A model generated the notes under the pieces. It was not told where the DNA came from. It did not search any database and saw only the letters and a program-made list of their open reading frames with translations. From Malacoraja senta (lineage: Eukaryota): DNA of 64,000 nucleotides. Of this stretch, positions 1 through 12,600 are shown piece by piece (positions within the stretch are counted from its first letter, which is position 1; each line of letters begins with the position of its first letter). The DNA is taken from assembly GCA_038087875.1 (NCBI GenBank), contig CM075988.1, positions 22,508,001 to 22,572,000 of the forward strand, in the 5' to 3' direction. The position numbers and the translations under genes are program-made.

Positions 1-280
1 CTAAGTCAAGATTATTACAGCCCACCTGCCTCACAATGATACAGCATCTCCCACTGCCCCAGGTCCCATAGCAGAAGCGTCCACGTGGCGGGGCTGGAAA
101 CTGGAAGTATCCTGAGGTAATTCTGCCACCACAATCATCTATTGCAACAAGTGATGGCTTCCACTGATTGTCGCCGGAAGCTCGCGTTCGTTTCAGGACG
201 GACGATGACAGCGAGGTCAACATTTAAAACATGGAAGATGGACACGGAAGAAGAAGACGAGCCCAGTCAGGGATACAAAC

Positions 281-371
281 CTGCAGCTGTAAATGTCGTT
301 GATCTGAAAGTGTTTGTTGAAAGCAATGGCCTCGATGCTGTCGGTCAGTGGTCCATCCAGTACACGGATAC
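281..371 (-). CDS. PCSK7: PCSK7 coding exon 4 (catalytic domain); gene continues beyond left edge
   Basis: 91 bp, ccttccag/gtttgt bounded, phase 1/2: (G)[29 protein letters not shown](S). Translated by hand; not in the ORF track. Confidence 0.95.
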
Positions 372-1575
372 CTGGAAGGAAAGAACAATCCCGTCATGAG
401 TTTACGTGATAGGAGCAGAATTAGGCCATTTGGCCCACGACGTCTACTCCACCATTCAATCATGGCTGATCCATCTTTCCCTCTCAACCCCATTCTCCCG
501 CCTTCGTCCCATAACAATCAAGAAACTGACTATCTCCGCCTTGAAAATATCCATTGACGGCCTCTACTGCCTTCCGCGACAATGAATCGCATACATTTAC
601 CACCCTCTGATTAAAGAAGTTCCTCCTAAAGGTATGTCCTTTTATTCTGAGGCTGTGGCCTCTGGTCCTAGACTCTCCCACTGGAGGAAATGAGTGGCAA
701 AAAAACAGCACCAGGCAAACCTGGATGTGGAAGAGTCATGGACCTGAGGTATTAGCGCTGTTTGCCTCTCCACAGATGCTGCCTAACCCACTGAGTATCT
801 CCAGCACTTTCGGTTTCTACTCCGGCATTGCGGCATCTGCAGAGTATTTTTGCTTTTCAATTACTGTTGATTTCACAACCACTTTTCTTCTGGAGAGGCT
901 AAGCTTGAATAAACTCTGCAACAATTACCCAGGGCATTTGTCCAACTCTCTTGCCTTGAAGGTGTTCTGATGAAATGTCATCGACCTACAAGACACACTC
1001 TGTTTTTCCCTCCACAGGTGCTGTTCGACCTACTGAGTAACCCCAGAATTTTCAGAATTCATTTCCTGGCGAGAGGGGTAAAGTTTAAAGGAGATGCGTA
1101 CGGCAAGAACTAGAAGACATGGGTTTAAGACGAGAAAGGAAAGATTTAATAGGTACCCGACAGGCAACTTTTTCCCCACACAAAGGTTGGTGGGTATATG
1201 GAACAAGCTGCCAGAGGAAGTGAAAATGAAGAACTGCAGATGCTGGTTTGTACCAAAGACAGACACAAAGTGCTGGAGTAACTGTGGGTCAGGCAGCTTC
1301 TCTGGAGAAAATGGAGAGGTGATGTCTCGCATTAGAAAGAAGTCTTCATCATATCAGTCTGAAGGGTCCCAACCATAAACATCAACTCTCCATGTTCTAG
1401 TTGAAACAGGTACTATAACAACATTTAAAAGACACTTGGACTGGTCCATGGATAGGAAAGGATAAGGGGGATATGGTCCAATCGGCCGAATAGGACCAGC
1501 TCGGATGGGACATTGATCAACATGGCGAAGTTGTGATGAAAGGCCTGTTTCTGTGCTGTATGACTGTGACTGTGA

Positions 1576-1813
1576 AGGGCCTGTCCTACTTAGCGATTTT
1601 TTCGGCGACTGCCGGCATCATTGACTGACGTATCAGGTCACCAAATAAGTCGCAGCGTGACGACGTATTGACGCGCGGTGATTCCTCAAGTGTCGCAACA
1701 TTTGTTTTGTTGCCGCTGGGTTTTGAAATGTTCTAAATCTTTCGGCGACCCTGACACGTCAGTCAATGACGCCGGCAGTTGCCGAAAAAAAATCGCCAAG
1801 TGGGACAGGCCCT
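1576..1813. mobile_element. PIF/Harbinger-type MITE (family B)
   Basis: TIR AGGGCCTGTCCYAC with long subterminal inverted repeats; flanks TGA/TAA. Confidence 0.8.
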
Positions 1814-2307
1814 TAAATCTCCCAACTATGAAGATCTCAAGGACATTTCAACAGTCAGCTTTCAACGGTAGACTTTGCAGTCAACAGCACCACCTGTTGG
1901 CCCAGCAGTGTGATGCTGCACCGACTGTGCCAGGTGTTTCATTGGCATTTGACCAGCCTGCTGTGTGGCCCATCCACTGCTTCTCCTTTGGGAACAGGAA
2001 GGAAAGATGCAACAGCATAGATCAGTACGAGTAAGTGTTTGTTCTAATTAGCCCGCCAGAACATCATTTAATTGCAGCATTGCCATCAACTGTTGAGCCA
2101 CACAATTGCACCGCATGCTTCTGCTGGGACAGCCCCCTGGCCGGGTTCCTGGGCTGAACGAGACGGGTGGAAATGCACGGAGATAAGTTACCTCCGAGTT
2201 GTCGCCTTCCAGCAGCTAATTCAAACCAAATCTCAAACAAAAGCTTTTCACTGTACCTCAGTACACGTGACAATAAACTAAATAGGACTAAAGCTGGTGG
2301 AAATGTA

Positions 2308-2945
2308 ATAACAAGGAACGGCCGACGACAGTTCATATCATAGACGGACACGGGTTTATACCAAAGATAGATAGAAAAAATATATACAGAATGGCTAAAA
2401 GGACACAAGGTGCTGGAGTAACTCAGCGGGTCAGGCGGCATCTCTGGAAAAACATGGACAGGTAACGTTTCGGGTTGGAATCCATCTTCAGACTGATTGT
2501 GGGAGGTGGTGGGGGGGGGGATTTCAAACTGGAAGTGAGAAAAAAACAGGACCTGCAACAATGACCTCAGGTAAGGGGGTTCCCTGATAGGCAGATTTTG
2601 TGACTGTGTGACAAGAGGGATACATTATTGCGAACTATGGAGCTGGTTAATGGACTTTTAGTGAACGAAGATGTGGGAGAAGAGGGAGGGAGGTGTTACC
2701 TAAAATTGGAGAATTCAACTTTCATACCGCTGGGTTGTAAGCTCCCCAAGTGAAATATGGGGAACATTCCTCCGATTTGCATGTGGCCTCACTCTGGCAT
2801 TGGAGGAGGCCCAGGACAGAGGGGCCAGTAGGGGAATGGGAAGGGGAGTTAACGTGGTTGGCAAATGGGAAATCCAGTGGGCCTTGGCGGGCCGAGCGCG
2901 AGTGTTCAGCCAAACGGTGGCAGAGTCTACGCTTTGTCACGGTTG
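2308..2945 (-). mobile_element. Penelope-like element 3' fragment
   Basis: TKRRLCHRLAEH...ANHVNSPSHS...; hammerhead-like core at about 2464-2491 on the minus strand. Confidence 0.78.
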
Positions 2946-3088
2946 CCCTCTGCTGACGGAATGGTTGCCAGTGATTCAACTGGAGCAGACATTTGATAGA
3001 AAGCAGGGAGGAAGGTGCGGAGGGAGGGGGAGATGAAGAAAGGAAGGGGTGAGATGGAAGAGGAGAATTAACTCCAAGTTACGATTAC

Positions 3089-3251
3089 CTGCAATACGAC
3101 TTCCAAAGGCCACACCGACTGCACAGAAGTTGTTTGGGGCAGCCGCAATCTCGCCAGCACATCGAGTCCCGTGATGATTGTCACTGTGTTCGTCTGGGTG
3201 AGGCATGGGGTCCTCATCGTTCGAATTCAGGTCATAGCTTCCTTCGGGAGA
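3089..3251 (-). CDS. PCSK7: PCSK7 coding exon 3 (catalytic His, HGTRCAGE)
   Basis: 163 bp, AG/GT bounded, phase 0/1: [54 protein letters not shown](G). Confidence 0.96.
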
Positions 3252-3564
3252 CTGGCAAAAGGTTGGTTGAAAACCAGAGTTCATTATTTTGTCCAGAACT
3301 TCCCACGCTAGACTAAAGATCAGGTGGATAGGGAGAGAGTTTCGGCAGCTGTGGAGAAATGGCCAGAGCCACCTTCCCAATCTCCAAGAGGATCTCCATG
3401 GGGAATGTGCAATGGAGAGCTACCTCATTGACTACCTGGTCCAACGAGCAGATGTTGGGGAGAGAAATGTCACAGCAAGCGTGCCGTGATGCCACAGAAT
3501 AGGGGAATCGGGAACCAGAGGACAAGGGTTTAAGGTAAGGGGCAATAAAGTTCATAAAGTCCGG

Positions 3565-4133
3565 TACCTTAAAATTTTTGGATATTGTGCATGTAAAGAC
3601 ATTAGAAATACTTTTCCGAGTTAGGAATAAAAGCCTTCCTGTTAGTATTCAAAAAAAATGTTAACTAAGAGATGGACATTATAATTTAAGAGGGTTGTGT
3701 AGTTTTTGAAACATGTAAAGTGAGAATCAATGTAAGGTATAGATGTGTCTCAGTTTTGGGAGTCAAATTATGGAACGGGCTTAGTGATGTTGAAATTTTG
3801 TAGCTCTCTGCCGAGTTTCAAAAAAGCCTTAAAATGTAAAATAATTAAGGATTATAATGTAAAATGATTAAAATGTAAAATAAGTAAGGATTACAATTTA
3901 GAGTAAATTTTTTTTTCTTTCCTTTGTAATGCTGATATTCTGGGTTATCTTATCTTATGGATTGTATAAGATTGGCAAACATAAGCTTTGTGGCTTCAGC
4001 CTATTCCTTTTTCGGTCATTGATTATGTGAACGTTGTGTGAAATGGATACAGTGTTGGTTCATATTCACACAGATTGGAAAGTTTTGTTCTTTTTAATAT
4101 ATGACCCAAATGAACTATTCATTCATTCATTCA
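3565..4133 (+). mobile_element. AT-rich L2/Crack-like LINE 3' fragment
   Basis: Hand translation LKFLDIVHVKTLEILF...HYNLRG...CVSVLGVKLWNG; (TTCA)n tail. Confidence 0.6.
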
Positions 4134-4985
4134 TAGATGAATCCTTACAAAGAACAAAGGTGACCGTTCAGCCCATGGAATCTATGCCAGCTCAAACCAA
4201 TCCCGTTCCCCCAAGATTTTTCCTGTAACCTGTTCTCCCCACATTCCTTTCAAAAACCTCACCCACCCCTCAATTAGCCCCTTCCTCTGCCAATCTTACC
4301 ATTCACCAAAACACTGGGGGTAATTTACAGATGCAGATTTATAACAACAACTACGAACACTTGGGCAAGTATATGGATAGGAAAGGTTTCGATGGATATG
4401 GGCCAAATAGGACTACCTTGGATAGATATCTTGGTGAACATGGACGAGTTGGGCTGAAGGGCCTGTTTCTGCGACTCAAACTCAACCAATAAACTGTGTC
4501 TTTGGAATGTGGGAGGAAACCAGAGTGCCCGTAGGACATCCATGCAGTCACCCAGAGAAGGGGCAAACTCCACAGAGAAGGCACCAGTGGTGAGGATTGA
4601 ACTCTGATCACTGGTGCCGTGAGGTAGGACCTCTACCTGCTACGCCATTGCCTCATCTAACTTTATCTAATCACGCACGCAGTGACCAAGGTATAGCTGG
4701 TGAGAACAGGTGATATCACTGGCTGATCAAGATCGGCGACCAGTTAAGTGACCGGGTGAGAAATCTCAGGTCCGATCCTGACTACGGATTCTGTCTGTAC
4801 GGAGTTTGCACATTTTCCGTGACCGCGTGGGTGTTCTCTCAAATTCCAAAGACGTGTAGGTTTGTAGGTTAATTGGCCTCAGTAAATTGTCACGAGTCTA
4901 CAGGATAGAACTAGTGTACGTGTGATCGTAGGTCGGCAAGGACTTGGTGGGCTGAAGGGCCTGTTTCCACGCTATATGTGTAAAC

Positions 4986-5824
4986 CAAGAGATACAAGAT
5001 ACAAGATTCAAGTGAGTTTATTGTCATGTGTCCCAGATAGGACAATGAAATTCTTGTTTTGCTTCAGCACAACAGAATATAGAAGGCATGAATACAGAAC
5101 AGATCAGTGTGTCCATATACCATTATATAAATATATACACACATGAATAAATAAAACAGATAAAGTGCAAATAAACAGATAATGGGTTATTAATGTTCAG
5201 AGTTTTGTTTGAGTTGAGTTTAATAGCCTGATGGCTGTGGGGAAGAAGTTGTTTCTGAACCTGGACGTTGCAGTCTTCAGGCTCCTGTACCTTCTATCTG
5301 AAGGTAGCAGGGAGATGAGTGTGTGGCCAGGATGGTGTGGGTCCTTGATGATACTGCCAGCCTTTTTGAGGCAGCGACTGCGATAGATCCCCTCGATGGT
5401 AGGGAGGTCAGAGCCGATGATGGACTGGGCAGTGTTTACTACTTTTTGTAGTCTTTTCCTCTCCAGGGCGCTCAAGTTGCCGAACCAAGCCACGATGCAA
5501 CCGGTCAGCATGCTCTCTACTGTGCACCTGTAGAAGTTAGAGAGAGTCCTCCTTGACAAACCGACTCTCCGTAATCTTTTCAGGAAGTAGAGGCGCTGAT
5601 GTGCTTTCTTTATAATTCCCAACCTGGGGTAAATTTATCCTCAGGGGGTAAATTTGTTGATTCTGGATTTGGACATATTTTTTCTCATTGACTGACTGTT
5701 TGGTTCTGGTATACCGGTCGGTATCTGTTCATCATTAGTTGTTCATAAATAAGCAAAATAACATTGTTACGTGCTATTAAAGTTGCCAGGGGTAAACGGG
5801 ACGAAAAAGGTTGGGAACCCCCTG
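4986..5824. mobile_element. hAT-type MITE with its left TIR split by the Rex1 insertion
   Basis: Right end ggttgggaaccccctg; left end CA...ttcccaacc; imperfect 8-bp flanks gtgtaaac/ctctaaac. Confidence 0.6.
4988..5615 (-). mobile_element. Rex1/Babar-type LINE 3' fragment (related copy 26710-27140)
   Basis: KKAHQRLYFLKRL...CIVAWFG...IKDPHHPGH...FFPTAIRLLN; 3' end gacaataaa plus simple tail. Confidence 0.8.
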
Positions 5825-6481
5825 CTCTAAACTAAAGTAACAGGCCTTTTTAATGGATATAATCATCACATTTTACATAACTATCCTCCCTTAACTGTAA
5901 TTTTATGGAGAAATTACCCTGCTTTTACCAAGAGAGGTTGCTGCAGTATTTCCTCTATGTTCCTCCACTCTTTTCTGGATAAGGTGTCCACACAATGAAC
6001 CATTTGCTGCAAGCCTTACATCCTGCCGCCTCCTCCACCATTCAACAGATGACAGCAATGTCAACATGTACACTTTATGGTATCCTCCCACTCTTCCCGT
6101 TCTTCTGCTTATCTAGCCGCCCCACCATCGAAGGGCTCTGCATCATCAAAGACCACTACCACCATGACCCTCATTTCACTCAATCATTGGGGAAGGTATA
6201 GGGGTCTGAAAACCTTTATCACCAGGTTCAAGACTAGCTTCTTCCCAACGACCATCAGGTTACACAACAGGAACGACAACTATGAACGATGGACTTTCTT
6301 TGGTTGCTAAGGACTTTGGATATTATTTCTGCACGAGTATTGGCATTATTGATTTTTTGTATTTTTTTAAATATGCACATTGTTTACAGGCCTGTAATGC
6401 TGCTGGAAGTAAGAATTTCATGGTTCTGTTGCCGGTACATATGAAAACAAAATTCTCTTGACTCTTGGTCCAACAACTTAC

Positions 6482-6616
6482 ATAATTGACCTGTATGTCC
6501 GGAATGGTGTACTGAACGCCATCATCGACCACCACCACCGTCACACCTTCACCGGTGATATTGCGCTCCCACACGCCCGTGACGTTGACGTCCATCCCTC
6601 GCTTCCTCCGATTGTG
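6482..6616 (-). CDS. PCSK7: PCSK7 coding exon 2 (subtilase catalytic Asp, VVVVDDG)
   Basis: 135 bp, AG/GT bounded, phase 0/0: [45 protein letters not shown]. Confidence 0.96.
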
Positions 6617-8626
6617 CTGCAAGAGATTTAGGTGTCAGAGGTTACGGGGAGAAGGCAGGAGAGTAGTGTTAGGAGACAGAGATAGATCAGCCATGGCGGA
6701 ATAGACTTGATGGGCCGAATGGCCTAATTCTACTACCCCTATCCCTTATGAGCCCAGAAATACAGCAAGGGAACAGGCCTTGTGCAGGCCCCCCCCCACC
6801 CCTTTCCACCCAAGTCCGCGCCGACCAGCGATCCCTGTCCACCGACACTATCCTACACACACTAGGGACAATTTACAACTTTACCAAAGCCAATTAAACT
6901 ACAAACCTGTACGTCTTCGAAGTGTGGGAGGAAACCAGAGCACCCGGAGAAAACCCACGCGGTCACGGGGAGAGAATGTACAAACTCCGTACAGACAGCA
7001 CACATAGTCAGGATCGATCCCGGTTCTCTGGTGCTGTAAGGCAGCAACTCTACCGCTGTGCCACTGTGTCGCCCTAATATACCTCCAGTTGATAGAGTAA
7101 ACAGGAAGGACCAATCTCTGTTCAATTCAGTTTAGTTTATTGTCACATGTACCGAGGTACAGAGAAAAGTTCTTGTTGTGTGCCCACCAGACAATACATG
7201 ATTACAATCGAGCCATTGACAGTGCATGATAAGGGCTTACCCTGATTTAGTGCAAGGTAAAGCCAGTAAAGTCCTGTCAAAGATAGTCCAAGGGTCACCA
7301 AGATAATAGTTCAGGACTGCTCTCTAGTTGTGGTAAGATGATTCAGTTGACTGATAACAGATGGGAAGAAACTGTTCCTGAATTTGGAGGTGTGCATTTT
7401 CACACTTCCTCGGCAGCAGGCAGGCCCAAAATCAATGGGTATGGGTTTAAAGTGATTGGTGGAAGGTTAGGAGGGGAGATGAGGAAAGATCTTTTCTACC
7501 CAGATTGTTGGTGATCGACGACCTGGTGTTCTTGCCACTCGGCCTTCGATCATCCGGAATTGGAGGCAGTAGGGGACATGAGGACGTATGGGGGACATGT
7601 CAATAACCAAAAGTCTGAAGCCTCCTTTTGCTCTGGTATTTTATTTAATTTACATCTTTAAACTATAATGTTTTATTATTAATGTTTAATGTTTTATGTA
7701 TCATTCTTAATTGTTACTGTATGTCGTGTCGCTACTTGCGAGCGGAGCACCAAGGCAAATTCCTTGTATGTGTACATATTTGGCCAATAAATTCATTCAT
7801 TCATTCATGAACCAACGGGCAAACTCAGCATTGGTTAGCTAGGGGGAGAGGGGGGGAGAGAGGGGGGGAGAGGGAGACACACACACACACACACACAGAG
7901 CATGTTGAGGGCATTACTGACACCATTTCCAATGACTAATTAGGACTGGAACTCGTTTAACAGACGGATTTTTCTTTTTTTGAGATGATTGCGTGACCTT
8001 GGGTTGTTTATTTTGCTCTGAGGCCAAAAGGATGTTCATTCCTCTGCAGACAAGCTGGAGATTTACTGGTAAACATCATTTTGACGTTTGTCTCCAAGTC
8101 TTGGAAGCCAATAAATAGAAATGCATTTCCATAGCACCGTGCTCCACCATTTAACAAGGTCTTTTTAGGTGAGAGGGGCAAATTTTAAAGGATATGTGCA
8201 GGCCATGTTTTTATTTACACAGAGGGTATGGTGCTGCCAGGCACTGTTAGATCACTACAACAATCCCCAGGATGCGACCATTTACAATGCAAGCCCTGCC
8301 CGTCTGTCTTACCTAAGTGTAACACCTCCCATTGATCCCAATTAAATTACATTTAGTTTTTAGTTTAGAGATACAGCACGGAAACAGGCCCTTCGGCCCA
8401 CCGGATCCGCGCCAACCAGCAATCCCCGCACATTAACATCCATTAGGGACAATTTTTACATTTACCAAGCCAATTAACCTACAAACCTGTACGTCTTTGT
8501 AATGTGGGAGGAATCCGAAGATCTCGGAGAAAACCCACGCAGGTCACGGGGAGAACGTAAAACTCCGTACAGACAGCACCCATAAGCGGGATAGAACACG
8601 GGTCTCCGGCGCTGCATTAGCTGTAA

Positions 8627-8957
8627 TAGCCCTGTCCCATGGTATGAGTTCATTCCAAGATTTCTCCCGAGTTTGCCCTGATTCGAACTCGGAGATTTAC
8701 GGTAATGGCCGCTCGTCGGTACTCGGGGCTCTCGTGGACATTTTTCATCATGTTGAAAAATCTTCACGAGTCTTCCCGTGCTTATCTGCCGTTAGCGAGT
8801 CTTCCCGAGTACCCTGCCGTTAGCATTACAAGCCGCTAAGAGATGTCCCCGAGCTCCGACGTACCATCTACGTTCATTCTCCGTGCTTAACACGAGTTTG
8901 ATTTTTTTAAAACTCGGGAGAGCTCTTGGAATGACCTCGTACCGTGGGACAGGGCTT
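8627..8957. mobile_element. PIF/Harbinger-type MITE (family A) inserted in a SINE
   Basis: TIR WAGCCCTGTCCCAY; TAA/TAA duplication splits the SINE motif ctgTAAggcagc; 331 bp. Confidence 0.85.
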
Positions 8958-9050
8958 TAAGGCAGCAACTCTACCGCTGTGCCACCATGACATCCGGCAT
9001 TCCTCGGCCCATTGACCCAGTAGTTCAAAGTAGAGCAGAAAGTCACTTAC

Positions 9051-9605
9051 CAGGTGCCACTGGAATGGGTACTTTGGGTCATTGAAGTGCAGACTCCGTT
9101 TGGAGCGCTTCAGCAGCTTTTGTTCGGAATGCCACCTCACACTGTCGTGTTGGGCAAGCAAGGCCTCAATGGAACTCCGAATCTTCAGTGCCGTCTCCTC
9201 CTCCAGGCCACTGTGGGCACATCGATGCGGCGGGAGAGCAAAGAGGTAATGTCCGGCCAATTCCCCAATCTGCCCCCGGTTCTCGAGGTCGGCAAACTCT
9301 GCGAGTTCATCTGCAAGCCGATCGAGCGACAAGGCCTTCCTTGTGCCGGAGTCATTTCCCAGTGATAAATGCACTGCCCAGGTGAAGGTTCCCCTTTCTA
9401 CACCCGATCCCGCAATTCCTCCATTGTCCATTTCGTTGCCAGCTCGACGATTAGATGCTGAAGTCCCAATGTTCAAGGCTCCGGCAAATCCATTGTGTGC
9501 AACCACCGGTGACAAGATGGTCACCGCTGATAGGCTAAAGAGAGTTGGCAGTAGGACCTCCATCGTTATTCCCCATGGTGACACACTCCACTTCAGATGC
9601 TGCAT
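9051..9605 (-). CDS. PCSK7: PCSK7 first coding exon (signal peptide, prodomain, RSKR activation site)
   Basis: Acceptor ttttcattgcag (AG at 9618-9619), 12 nt of UTR with an in-frame TGA, ATG at 9605. Hydrophobic MEVLLPTLFSLSAVTILSPVVA, then TWAVHL...GQIGELAGHYLF...RSKR/SLHFNDPKYPFQWHL. Donor gtaagt at 9050. Confidence 0.93.
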
Positions 9606-12600
9606 CAGATCTAATCACTGCAATGAAAAGCAAATTAAACATGAGCACGGTGATGCAGCGGTAGAGTTGCTGCCTTGCAGCGCCAGAGACTCCCGACGAC
9701 TGATGCTGTCGGTACGGAGTTTGCACGTTCCCCCTGTGACCCTGTGGGTTTTCTCCGGGTGCTCTGGTTTCCGCCCACACCCCAAAGACGAGCAGGTTCG
9801 TAGGTGGTGGAGGAAGGAACTGCAGGTGCTGGTTTAAACCGAAGAGAGACACAAAGTGCTGGAGTAGAAACATAGAAACATAGAAAATAGGTGCAGGAGG
9901 AGGCCATTCGGCCCTTCGAGCCAGCACTGCCATTCATTGCGATCATGGCTGATCGTCCCCAATCAATAACCCGTGCCTGCCTTCTCCCCATATCCCTTGA
10001 CTCCACTAGCCCTTAGAGCTCTATCTAACTCTCTGTTAAATCCATCCAGTGACTTGGCCTCCACTGCCCTCTGTGGCAGAGAATTCCACAAATTCACAAC
10101 TCTCTGGGTGAAAACGTTTTTTCTCACCTCGGTCTTAAATGGCCTCCCCTTTATTCTAAGTAACTCAGCGGGATAGGCAGCATCTCTGGAGAGAAGGAAT
10201 GGGTGACGTTTCAGGTCAGGATGCTTCTTCAGACTAAAAGTAAGACGTTGGGGTGGGGGGGGGGGAGAGGGGGAGGGAGAAAGAGCTGCGGTGAGAATAG
10301 GAGGTCTTTCCTCGCCTCAAGCTTCCCCCACACCCCACCCCCTTCTTTCAGTCTGAAGAAGGGTTCCGGCCAGAAACATCACTCATCCTTTTTCTCCAGA
10401 GATGCTGCCTGACCCGCTGAGTTGCTCCAGCACTATCTTTTGAATAAACCAGCATCAGCAGACCTTTGTTTCTACTTCCTCTAGTTCTTGATTCCCTAAC
10501 CCTGGGAAAGAGACTGTGCATTCACCCCATCTACTCCCCTTTTGAGTTGTATACACCTCTATAAGAACCGCCCTCCCCAGCCTCATGCACTCCAAGGAAC
10601 AAAGCCCTACCCTGCCCAATCTCTCCCTGTAGGTCAGGCCCTCGAGTCCTGGCAATATCCTCATAAATCTTTGTGCTAAATGCATCTTTCCTCTAGCAAG
10701 TATTTACAGGAGTGGTTGGGAGAGGATGAGCAGTGGAACCAGGGCCTTGCAATCCCAAACTCTTATGCATCCTGTCATTGTTGACCACAGGCAAATATTG
10801 ACCACCTTACCAGCAGGAATTCCCCAGGTTTATACTCCAGGATGAAATGCGACTGGATATTTGGCCTCCTTAGACTATATTGCTTTACTCTGGGAATAGG
10901 ATGTCACGAGGGATAAATTACCATTGTCCAGAAGCCTGGAGCTTTGATCCGGAGTTCAGTTTTAATCCCATTGCAACAGCTGGGAAATTTCACACTCGCA
11001 TAATTAAGTCTGGAAAGATAGCTGGCATTGTTAATGGTAACAAAGAATGTTACTGCATAGGCAGTAAAATCCCCAATAATTCACCAGTGTTTATCAGTGT
11101 TTACCAGTTGACTATCGCTATTCAGACTGGCCCACGTGTGACTCGTTTTATCAATGGTGCTTTTATCGTCACATGCGCGAAGTGTAAATGCACAGTGAAA
11201 TTCTTACAAACAGCCCAGTGGAGCATTGCCAAACTTAAGCACATCCCCGATTAGCAAATTATACAGAAATAAGTCTACTGATCACGCGTGCAAGAAGCAC
11301 CATTTTTGACGCCATTTTCAAAGTGTAGTCCACACACTCTAGGTGTTATGAGCGGTGCCCGTTCTAGGCAAGGCCCAGGCTGCTGCGGGCCTCTAGCCAT
11401 CGCCTTCCTTGTACGTATGGGTCGACCTGCGAACCGATGTCCCACTCCTCTCCCGTCCACCTTTGTTCCCCGGGGGCATCTGGGAAGAAGGCAGGAACGG
11501 GGTACTGATTGGGGATGATCAGCCATGATCACATTGAATGGCGGTGCTAGCTGGAAGGGCCGAATGGCCTACTCCTGCACCTATTGTCTATTATCTCCCG
11601 CAGCCGACCACGAGGGTGTGGTAGGCCAGACGTCGGTTCCCTCTCCTCTCCAATTCCCTTCAATAATGGCAAGTTATGAATCAGAGTACCGATGTTGCCA
11701 TGTCAGATTTTTCATACGTATGCCACATTAATATATTAATTAAATTTCCATAATGTTTCCCATAACCAGTTTAGCAGGAAGTGCCTTGCACCCAACGGTT
11801 GTTTATTATCATGTATACCAAGGTAAAATTAAATTCTTTAATTCGCATACAGAGTCGTAACATTATTGCCATACACGAGTACAAACCCCCATTAAGTACA
11901 GAATGCATAGAAACAGCCCAATCAAGTCCACATGCAAGAGTCACCAGGTTTTGGCGTCATTTTCAAAGTTTGTAAAATGACGCCATTAAATGAGGCCATA
12001 AAGGCCCAACTAATTGGCTCCATTTTACAGCTGGAACTAGTTGCACTGAGAAGTTTAGAAATCCCATGGTCAACAAAAATGCTGGAGAAACTCAGCGGGC
12101 GAGGCAGCATTTTTGTCTACCTTCGATCGTTCCAGCATCTGCAGTCCCTTCTTAAACAATTTAGAAACCCTAGTTGGATTCGGACAACTTGGATTAGTCC
12201 TTCCCTATGTTAAGGTATCTGGATGAACCAAGCATCTAAACATGGAGATAATAAAAGACACCTCTGACGATGCTGCACCTGGATGGCGGTCAGATCGTAC
12301 TCTGAAGTCTCTGAACTGTTTCTTGCGATCATGATCTCCCAACTCAAGACGTTTTGCGTACACACAGATAATGTCCCCCCTTTCTCTGTACCAAGAACTT
12401 CCATGTATTTTTGCCACAGACAGTAAAAATGTAAATGGAGTCAGACGCAGACAGATTTGGCCCCAGGATCAAATTTTCAAAAGGCCCTAAAAGAAATGCG
12501 ATATAAAGTGTTAGGAGAAGATATTCCAGAGGATCTGAAGGCAATGTGGGAACAATTAAAATCTGGGGTGAGCAATAGACTAGAATTGTAGCAAAACATA

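Noticed and set aside
10805..10820. Strong minus-strand donor (CTG|gtaagg) as a PCSK7 5' UTR exon end
   Set aside because: No acceptor or promoter evidence; cannot be supported without transcripts.
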